Shown: positions 56,550 to 64,000 of the stretch, in pieces
Numbering within the stretch: the first letter of the stretch is position 1
How the letters are laid out: every line of letters starts with the position of its first letter
The notes under the pieces: model-generated
The model's input: the letters and a program-made list of their open reading frames with translations, nothing else
What the model was told of the DNA's origin: nothing
The model's database searches: none
DNA from: an uncultured Methylomirabilota bacterium
GTDB taxonomy: Bacteria; Methylomirabilota; Methylomirabilia; Methylomirabilales; 2-02-FULL-66-22
NCBI GenBank assembly: GCA_963845565.1
Contig: CAWJSJ010000002.1
Span: forward strand, 2,592,001-2,656,000
Length of the DNA stretch: 64,000 nt
Reading direction: 5' to 3'
Translations under genes and position numbers: made by a program

Positions 56550-57476
56550 GTGTCTCGCGAGACCCGGATCGGTTTGGCTTGCGCGTTCAGCGTTCTCTTC
56601 ATCTGGGCAGGTTTCATCCTGGTGTCGCGCTTCAGCGCGCGCGGGCTGCTGACGTCGTGGGACATGGCGGCCCTGCGGTACACGGGCGCCTTCCTGGCCG
56701 CGCTGCCGCTCGCGGCGCGCCACGGCTGGCCCCGGCTGCCGCCGGCGCAGGCGGTGGCGGTGGTCGTAACGGCAGGCCTGGGGTTTCCGCTGCTGGCGTT
56801 CGCGGGATTCCAGTTCGCGCCGGCGTCCCATGGGGGCGTGATGCTGCCCGGGATGCTGCCCCTGCAGACCGCGATCTTGCTGTGGCTGGTCCACGGCGAG
56901 CGCTGGACCCGAGCCCGCGGCGGGTCGCTGGCGCTGCTCGGCGTCGGTGTGGCGCTCTTGGCCCACGACACCTTTGGCCACCATCCGGGCGCCTGGCGCG
57001 GAGACCTGCTCCTGTTCAGCGGCAGCTTCGCCTGGTCGGTCTTCACCCTGCTGGTGCGCCACTGGCGGATTCCGGCGCTGACCACCACCCTGGCCGTCGC
57101 GTTATATGCGGCGCCGGTCTACGTGCCGATCTGGCTGCTCTGGCTCCCGTCCCGGATCCACACGGCCCCCATCGGCGAAGTGGGGTTCCAACTCGTGTAC
57201 CAGGGGGTGCTGGCGGTGGTAGTGGCGGGTTTTCTATTCACGCGGGCGCTGACCGCGCTCGGACCGATGGCGCTCACCGCCATCACGGCCGTGGTGCCGG
57301 CCCTGACCGCGCTGGCGGCCTGGCCGCTGCTGGGCGAGCCGCTGGGTGTCGAGGGACTGACCGGGGTCGGCCTGGTCAGTGCGGCCATGCTGATGGGGGT
57401 CGCCCAGGCCCGCGGGGCACGGCGAGTGACGCAGGACGATCGAATGGCGCCGGGTGCGCGGCTCCCTCGTGGGTAA
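56550..57476 (+). CDS. DMT/EamA family transporter
   Basis: GGAGG RBS, about 10 TM helices, two EamA-like halves (AALRY, GDLLL, LLGEPL). Confidence 0.85.
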   Translation: MSRETRIGLACAFSVLFIWAGFILVSRFSARGLLTSWDMAALRYTGAFLAALPLAARHGWPRLPPAQAVAVVVTAGLGFPLLAFAGFQFAPASHGGVMLPGMLPLQTAILLWLVHGERWTRARGGSLALLGVGVALLAHDTFGHHPGAWRGDLLLFSGSFAWSVFTLLVRHWRIPALTTTLAVALYAAPVYVPIWLLWLPSRIHTAPIGEVGFQLVYQGVLAVVVAGFLFTRALTALGPMALTAITAVVPALTALAAWPLLGEPLGVEGLTGVGLVSAAMLMGVAQARGARRVTQDDRMAPGARLPRG

Positions 57477-57540
57477 CGCCCTCTCGGTTCTCGCAGGAGA
57501 AGCGGCGGTCGGCGTCCGTGCCGGCGCTGGGGGTGTGGCG

Positions 57541-58710
57541 CTAGGCCGGCGTGGATGAATGCAGGGTAGGGCGGGAAAGCGTCAGGGCGAGGACGGTGGA
57601 CGGCAGGGGCAGGCAGGCCAGGACGGCCAGGGTCGTCCAGAGGCCGTAGGCGTCGGCGATCCGGCCGAGGAACGGCGTGGCAACGCCGCCGAGGGTGATG
57701 GACAGGCCCAGCGTGACTCCCGCGGAGAGTCCGACGTGGTTGGGGAGATAGGCCTGGCCGAGAATGATCATCGGGCTGTAGGAGGCCGAGAGGGCGAAGC
57801 CGATCAGGGTGAGGAGGACCAGGGCGACAGGAACGCTCTTGACGGTCAGGAGTATCGGCATGAGCGGCACCATGGCGCAGAAACCCCAGGCGGCGATCCG
57901 GGTGGGGCCGAACCGGTCCGAGAGGCGGCCACCCAGGAGATTCCCGGCCACGCCGGCCAGGGCGAAGACGGTGAGGGCCGTTGCGGCGACGGCCTTGGAC
58001 TGGCCGAGGACGTTGATCCAGTAGAGCGGGATGAACGTGTTCAGGCCGAAGAAGAGGATGGCCCGGCCGATGACCGCCGCGGTGAGGCGTGAGAACGGGC
58101 CCCAGGCGTCCCGGGCCCCGGTCGGGGTGTCTGCGGGGCGGCCGGCGCCCCCGGCAGCGCCTTCCGGAAGCGCGGTCTGAAGGTGCCAGGCGAGCACCGC
58201 GGCCATGATCCCCGCGGGCAGGGCGAGGACGGCCGTACCGGCAAGGCCCCAGGCGAGCACCGCGGCCGTGATTAGGCCGGGCCCGAGCGCGAACCCGAGG
58301 GTGCCGCCCACGCCGAAGAAGCTCATGGCCATGGCCTTCTGGTTTCCGGAGACCTGATTGACGATGCGGGCCCCCTGGGGATGAAACGCCGCCACGCCGA
58401 TCCCGCTCACCATCACGGCGGGCAGGATACAGGCATAGCTCGGGACGAAGCCGCTCGCAGCGAGGCCGGCCCCCGCCAGGACGATGCCCGAGGGCAGAAG
58501 CCACGGGCTGGGGTGCCGGTCGGCCAGGTGGCCGAAGAGGGGCTGGACCACCGAGGAGGCGATGTTGGTGGCGAAGACGATCACGCCGGCGGCGGCGTAG
58601 GTCAGGCCGTACTCGGCGATGAGAAACGGCAACAGGGCGGGCAGCGCCCCCTGGCTGAGGTCGGTGGCGAGATGGCCGAGGCAGAGCAGCGCAACCGTCG
58701 AATGTCTCAT
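57541..58710 (-). CDS. MFS transporter (Fsr-like)
   Basis: GHLATDLSQGALPALLPF, VQPLFGHLADR, GVAAFHPQG, GGRLSDRFG. Confidence 0.85.
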   Translation of the reverse strand: MRHSTVALLCLGHLATDLSQGALPALLPFLIAEYGLTYAAAGVIVFATNIASSVVQPLFGHLADRHPSPWLLPSGIVLAGAGLAASGFVPSYACILPAVMVSGIGVAAFHPQGARIVNQVSGNQKAMAMSFFGVGGTLGFALGPGLITAAVLAWGLAGTAVLALPAGIMAAVLAWHLQTALPEGAAGGAGRPADTPTGARDAWGPFSRLTAAVIGRAILFFGLNTFIPLYWINVLGQSKAVAATALTVFALAGVAGNLLGGRLSDRFGPTRIAAWGFCAMVPLMPILLTVKSVPVALVLLTLIGFALSASYSPMIILGQAYLPNHVGLSAGVTLGLSITLGGVATPFLGRIADAYGLWTTLAVLACLPLPSTVLALTLSRPTLHSSTPA

Positions 58711-59035
58711 GGGTCTCCATCCATCGGGGCGAGTCGTCACGACCACCCGCGGCGCCTCTTCTATCATAGTGAGACGCCAAAGGGTAGCGGCAAGGCGACG
58801 CGTGCGCCGAGAACGCGGGCAGGACTATCCGCGGGATTCGCTGGGGCGCGCATTCCGCTCTTTCTCCTTGACGTGCCGCTCGGGTCGCTGGATATTCGGG
58901 GCAATTGTGAATGTGGACACGGACGGGAACCGACCCGGATCGGAGCGTCCGTAGTCTTTGGCCCGGTGGCCGATGCCTGGCGATATAGGCCGCCGATTCC
59001 CCACACCGCACACCCGCCAAGGAGGACTTGAGGTC

Positions 59036-60196
59036 ATGACGACGTCCGGCAAGGGGCTCCAATTTTCCTTTAGTATCCCCACCAACATCGTGTTCGGGAT
59101 GGGCACGCTCGGGACGCTGGGCACCCATGCCAAGGCCCTGGGCTTCCAGCGGCCGCTGATCGTGACCGACAAGGTGATGGCCCAGAGCGACGGCATGCGA
59201 CAGATGCGGGCGGTCCTGGCGGAGGCCGGCCTGGAGGCCGCCGTCTGGGACAACATCGCCGCCGAGCCGATGGACACCACGCTCACCGAAGGGGTACAGC
59301 GGTACCGGGCCGAGCGGTGCGACGGCCTGATCGGATTCGGGGGTGGGAGCGCCATGGACACCGCCAAGGGGGTGGGCGTCCTGGCCGTCGCCGGGGAGGA
59401 CGATCCGGCCCCCTACCAGCGGTTTGGCGGCAAGACGGTGCCGGGATGCGTCCCCGTCATCGCCATCGCGACGACCGCGGGGACCGGGTCCGAGGTGACG
59501 TCGGTGTGCGTGCTCACCAACCAACGAAACGGCCACAAATTGCCCATCCGGCACCCGAGTCTCTTGCCCAAGGTCTCCATCGTGGATCCGCGGCTCATGC
59601 TGTCCATGCCCCCCAAGGTCACCATGGTCACCGGGATCGACGCGCTCTCGCATGCGGTCGAGTGCTTCACGCAGGTGCGCGAGCATCCGTTCTCGGACAC
59701 GCTGGCGTTGCAGGCGACCAAGCTGATCGTGGACAACCTGCCCACGGCGGTCCGGAACGGCCGCGACGAGGAGGCGCGCACGAACATGGCCCTGGCCGCC
59801 ACCATGGCCGGCACGGCGTTCGAGGTGGGCGGCCTCCAGTTCCACGCGTACGCCCAGGCGCTGGGCGCCAAATACCATGCGGCGCACGGCCTCACCTGTG
59901 GTATCGCGCTCCGGGCCGGTCTGCAGCAGATCCTGCCGACGGCGACCGCCAAGCTGGCCCGGATGGCCTGGGCGTTCGGGATCGACACGCGCGGGTTGAC
60001 GGCGGCCCAGGCGGCGGAGAAGGCGGTCACCGCCGCGGTCGCTTTCATCGATACCATGGGGATCCCGAAGATCGACCAGGCGATGCCGGCCACGGCGGCG
60101 GACATCCCGATGCTGCTCAAGGAGACACTGGAGACCACCGGGGTGCCGATCACCCCGGAGGTCGGCCAGCAGGTGTGGGAGAAGATCTTCCGGTAG
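59036..60196 (+). CDS. Iron-containing alcohol dehydrogenase
   Basis: GFGGGSAMDTAK, TTAGTGSEVT, GIDALSHAVE, FHAYAQ...AAHG. AGGAGG RBS. Confidence 0.9.
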   Translation: MTTSGKGLQFSFSIPTNIVFGMGTLGTLGTHAKALGFQRPLIVTDKVMAQSDGMRQMRAVLAEAGLEAAVWDNIAAEPMDTTLTEGVQRYRAERCDGLIGFGGGSAMDTAKGVGVLAVAGEDDPAPYQRFGGKTVPGCVPVIAIATTAGTGSEVTSVCVLTNQRNGHKLPIRHPSLLPKVSIVDPRLMLSMPPKVTMVTGIDALSHAVECFTQVREHPFSDTLALQATKLIVDNLPTAVRNGRDEEARTNMALAATMAGTAFEVGGLQFHAYAQALGAKYHAAHGLTCGIALRAGLQQILPTATAKLARMAWAFGIDTRGLTAAQAAEKAVTAAVAFIDTMGIPKIDQAMPATAADIPMLLKETLETTGVPITPEVGQQVWEKIFR

Positions 60197-60399
60197 GGTC
60201 GCTGCCACCGACACAGCGCCGGCCCCGACACGAACGCGGAGCGTGATTGCTCCGCGTTCGTGGTTCCCCGCCACACGAGGGGTCGTCGGATTGTGTTCTT
60301 TCGTGCAACCGCTTGCATCCCGATGCGGCCCGGACGTACAATCAACCGTACCGCCGCGGAAGGGGAGCCGCCCGCGGCGCGGAGGAAAGGGGGAACACG

Positions 60400-61029
60400 G
60401 TGAGGCGCGCGTCGGGTCTCTCGGGCGTCCTGTTCGGCCTCCTGTTTTGGGCGGGGTGCGCCGGTGATTTCGTCTACGTCGGACCGGTCCACCTCGACGC
60501 GCCGGAGCCCTCGGTGGCGGTCGGGAAGAGCAAGGCGGAGGTGTGGCAGCAGATCGTCCCGATGCTCGAGGATCGCGCGTTCGTGATCGACGTCCTCGAC
60601 AAGGATGCCGGCGTCATCATTCTGAGCTACACCGGCGACCCGCAGGGATATGTCGATTGCGGACACATCACCTCATACGTCAAGAACCTCCGCGGCGAGC
60701 GGACCTACCATTTCCCAGCGGCGATCGCCTCGACGGAGTACGAATTCATGCAATGGAACGGACTGCGGGTCATCACCCGCGAGATGAGCCTGGAAGGGCG
60801 GATCAACGTGACGGTGGCGGAAACCGGCGCGGGGCAGACGCAGGTGTCGGCGCGTGCCCGGTACGCGGTGACGCGCAACCTGACGATCCGGAACACGCAA
60901 GGACGCAGCGAGGCGACCTCGCACGTTATTCACTTCACCTCGAGCCAGGACGGTGCCTTCCCCGGGACGGGCATCTGCCGAGCGACCGGATTGCTGGAAG
61001 CCGAGGTGCTGTCCGCGTTGGCGCGGTGA
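60400..61029 (+). CDS. Putative lipoprotein
   Basis: GTG start with a hydrophobic leader ending in a lipobox-like WAGC. Confidence 0.6.
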   Translation: MRRASGLSGVLFGLLFWAGCAGDFVYVGPVHLDAPEPSVAVGKSKAEVWQQIVPMLEDRAFVIDVLDKDAGVIILSYTGDPQGYVDCGHITSYVKNLRGERTYHFPAAIASTEYEFMQWNGLRVITREMSLEGRINVTVAETGAGQTQVSARARYAVTRNLTIRNTQGRSEATSHVIHFTSSQDGAFPGTGICRATGLLEAEVLSALAR

Positions 61030-61100
61030 CGGGAGCCCGTCGGCGACCGTGCCTCCAACAAGGTGCGGCGCGGCCGCCGGCACGTGCGGATTCCCGCGCC

Positions 61101-62793
61101 TCAACCCTTCCGCTGACTCCGCTCAATCTTCGCCCACTCGTCCTTCAGCGGCACGGCGCGGTTGAAGGCTAACCGGCCACCGCGGGAGTCGCGGTCCACG
61201 CAGAAGTATCCCTGGCGTTCAAACTGGTAGATACCGCCGACGGCGGCCCCGGCGAGACTCGGCTCGACCCAGCACCCGTCGAGCACCTCCAGCGAGTGGG
61301 GGTTCAGATTGGCGATGAAATCCTGCCCCTCGGCCGCGTCCTCCGGATTCTCGTGGAGGAAGAGCCGATCGTAGAGGCGCACCTGCGCGGGGACCGCATG
61401 GGCGGCCGAGACCCAGTGGAGGGTGGCCTTGACCTTGCGGCCGTCCGCGGCATCGCCGCCGCGGGTGGCCGGGTCGTACGTGCAGCGCAGCTCGACCACC
61501 GTGCCCTGGGCGTCTTTCACCACGTCCACACATTTCACAAAATACGCGGAACGCAGCCGCACCTCGCGGCCAGGCGCCAGCCGGATAGTACTTGGGGGGC
61601 GGCGTCTCGCGGAAATCGTCCTGTTCGATGAAGAGGACGCGCGAGAACGGCACCTTCCGCGTGCCGGCGGCGGGGTCCTCGGGGTTGTTCAAGGTCTCGA
61701 ATTCCTCCACCCGGCCTTCGGGATAGTTCTCGATCACCAGCCGCAGCGGCTTCAGGACGCCCATGACGCGGGGAGCCCGCTTGTTCAACTCCTCGCGCAG
61801 GCAGTGTTCCAGCAACGCGATGTCCACGGTGCTGTCCTTCTTGGCCACGCCGATCCGATCGCAGAAATCCCGGATCGCCGCTGGGGTGTAGCCGCGACGG
61901 CGCAAACCCGACAGGGTGGGCATGCGCGGGTCGTCCCAGCCCTGGACGTGGCGGTCCTGCACCAGCTTCAACAGCTTGCGCTTGCTCATCACGGTGTAGG
62001 TGACGTTTAGGCGTGCAAACTCGATCTGACGGGGGTGATAGATCTCCAACTGGTCGAGGAACCAATCGTAGAGCGGACGATGGATCTCGTACTCCAGCGA
62101 GCACAGGGAGTGGGTGATCCCCTCGATGGAGTCCGACTGTCCGTGGGCGAAGTCGTACATCGGATAGATGCACCACGCATCCCCGGTGCGATGATGAGAG
62201 GCGTGCAGGATGCGGTACATCACCGGGTCGCGCAGATTGATGTTGGGCGAGGCCATGTCGATCTTGGCGCGCAGGGTCCGCGCGCCATCTGGGAACTCCC
62301 CGGCCCGCATGCGCGCAAACAGGTCCAGGTTCTCGTCCACGGCGCGGTCGCGATACGGACTCTCCGTGCCCGGTTCGGTGAGCGTTCCCCGGTATTCGCG
62401 GACCTCGTCGGCGCTCAGGTCGCAGACATAGGCCTTGCCTTTCCGGATGAGCGTCACCGCGTACTCGTACAGCTGCTCGAAGTAATCGGAGGCGTAGAAG
62501 AGGCGGTCCTCCCAGTCGAATCCCAGCCAGCGGATGTCCTGCATGATGGAGTCGACGTACTCGACCTCTTCCTTGACGGGGTTGGTGTCATCGAAGCGCA
62601 GGTTGCAGCGACCGCCGAATTCTGCGGCGATGCCGAAGTCGATGCAGATGGCCTTGGCGTGGCCGATGTGCAGATAGCCGTTCGGCTCGGGCGGGAAGCG
62701 GGTGTGGACGCGGTTGTAGCGGCCGGCTTTCAGGTCCTCCGTCACCGCCGCCCGGATGAAGTCGAGGGGTTGATTCGTGTCACTCTCGGCCAT
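61101..62793 (-). CDS. glnS: Glutamine--tRNA ligase with an apparent +1 frameshift near 61583
   Basis: [40 protein letters not shown]. The C-terminal REVRLRSAY...QFERQGYF continues in the shifted frame. Confidence 0.92.
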
Positions 62794-62984
62794 GGTCGTT
62801 CCTCGCGAGATTCGTCACACCGGCCCGCATTCGGGCAAAAAAACGGCGCGCGCGGCCGGCCCCGGCCGCGCGGTCAACGGGAACCATGCGAGCGAGAGGA
62901 TGCCGCAGATGCGCGGGGAATGTCAAGCGAGAAGCGGATCGAGACCGCGGCGCAACAGAAACGCGCCCGCCCTCGCCTCGCCTA

Positions 62985-63013
62985 TTGACAGCGGACCTCG
63001 CCTTCGATAGCTT
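62985..63013 (+). promoter_or_regulatory. Putative sigma70 promoter
   Basis: TTGACA-17 bp-TAGCTT upstream of the ORF at 63079. Confidence 0.55.
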
Positions 63014-63078
63014 CTCGTCGATCTGGGATGGAGGTGCCGCGGAGTCGGAGAGCAGATCACCGGTGAAAGGAGCCGCCC

Positions 63079-63696
63079 ATGGAACGAATTCCGATCAACC
63101 CCGGGCTGGTGGACTGGTCCGGCGAGAACCCCGGCATGTACCTGCGGGAGTCGGCTGACGGGCCGTTCGTGACGCTGATCAGCTTCTTCCGTGTTGTCCT
63201 ATCCCCGCACGGCCGCGGGCATGCGGCGTTTCTCCTGCTCGACCCGGCCGGAGCCGGAACGGCCCCGGCGAGGCCGAACCTCTGCATCACGGACAACGAG
63301 CCGCTCGCGCGGTACCTGGGCGACGGCTTCGTCCGGCATTTCGCCGCCTTCAAGGGGGCGGCCGGTCTTGCGACCGTCCGCTTCCAACGCGGATGCGACT
63401 TCGTCGCCAGCGGGGACGCCCGGACGAGCTACACCGAGGCGTTCGCGAGCGAGCGGGGGCCCGTCCGCTTGACCTGGGCACCGCTCGGAGAGGCGTTCAT
63501 GGTGGAATTGCCTCGGGAACGATCCGCCACGGGCCAGCACGAGATGTTTTCGCTGTTCGTGAATGCATCCGGCGTGGCGGTGTCGATCGGCGGCCAGGGC
63601 GTCGCCGGACGCCCGTTTCCCCGGGATATGGCCGGCAAGGCCAGCAGCACGGCGTTTTTGGCCTTCTCGGAGACCTGGGTCCGTCGGCCGCAGTAG
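63079..63696 (+). CDS. Hypothetical protein
   Basis: AAGGAG RBS, 205 aa, beta-rich protein-like composition. No motif recognised. Confidence 0.7.
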   Translation: MERIPINPGLVDWSGENPGMYLRESADGPFVTLISFFRVVLSPHGRGHAAFLLLDPAGAGTAPARPNLCITDNEPLARYLGDGFVRHFAAFKGAAGLATVRFQRGCDFVASGDARTSYTEAFASERGPVRLTWAPLGEAFMVELPRERSATGQHEMFSLFVNASGVAVSIGGQGVAGRPFPRDMAGKASSTAFLAFSETWVRRPQ

Positions 63697-63779
63697 CGGG
63701 TCGTGCGGCCGGAATGGCCTTTGGTTTGCATGTGTACCTGGGGAGCGACCGTTGTTGCGGGACGCGCACGGGGGGCCGC

Positions 63780-64000
63780 ATGGGTAACACGTTCTTCTGC
63801 CCGTTCTGCTGTTCCAGTCAGCAGACACAGGTATACGAGGAAGACGGAGTCCGGAAGGTTCGCTGCACGTCCTGCGGCTGCCCGGCAGAGGCCGTCGGGA
63901 TCGTCGAGGCCAAGGAGACCGCCTTCGATCGGCCGAAGGTCCTCTGCATCGACGACGATCGCCTCCTTCTAGGTTTGTTCCGGGATACCCTGCAAGCTAA
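63780..64000 (+). CDS. Zinc-ribbon plus response-regulator receiver protein (3' truncated by the window edge)
   Basis: Manual translation gives MGNTFFCPFCC...VRCTSCGCP...RPKVLCIDDDRLLLGLFRDTLQA. Confidence 0.7.
   Translation, partial: MGNTFFCPFCCSSQQTQVYEEDGVRKVRCTSCGCPAEAVGIVEAKETAFDRPKVLCIDDDRLLLGLFRDTLQA

Noticed and set aside
40213..60274. Long antisense or alternative-frame ORFs (e.g. 40213-43191, 43760-47266, 47218-49515, 57119-60274)
   Set aside because: These are shadow ORFs typical of high-GC DNA. They overlap well-supported genes and give Arg/Pro/Gly-rich translations without motifs.

Overview
High-GC bacterial chromosomal window. The small-protein families and repeat types suggest NC10/Methylomirabilota or a relative, but this is an inference. 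From left to right it contains: (1) an unusual type II fatty-acid/polyketide cluster (1-9460) with an ArnT-like GT-C protein, a PaaK-like adenylating enzyme, a DUF1571-like exported protein, two FabZ-like dehydratases (one lacking the catalytic His), two ketosynthases (one lacking the catalytic Cys), FabG, FabL and a 204-aa split ACP; (2) housekeeping genes including squalene synthase, acylphosphatase, M3 peptidase, TatD, a sugar ABC ATPase, gltX, greA, an HD protein and tRNA-Gln/tRNA-Glu; (3) a decaying accessory patch after the tRNAs with three toxin-antitoxin pairs and gene remnants; (4) AsmA, an SDR, a LarA remnant, PIN-PhoH, a B12 radical SAM enzyme, a cold-shock protein and an 8.7-kb cyclic beta-1,2-glucan synthase; (5) a Tat-linked redox operon (DUF362, NapH-NapG-like polyferredoxin, Fe-S aldo-keto reductase, DUF6599-like protein); (6) transporters, a collagen/beta-propeller surface protein, Fe-ADH and glnS. 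Two dispersed MITE-like repeat families sit mostly at stop codons. Five single-base insertions in conserved genes (tatD, gltX, greA, asmA, glnS) are most likely sequencing errors. No CRISPR array or rRNA was seen.
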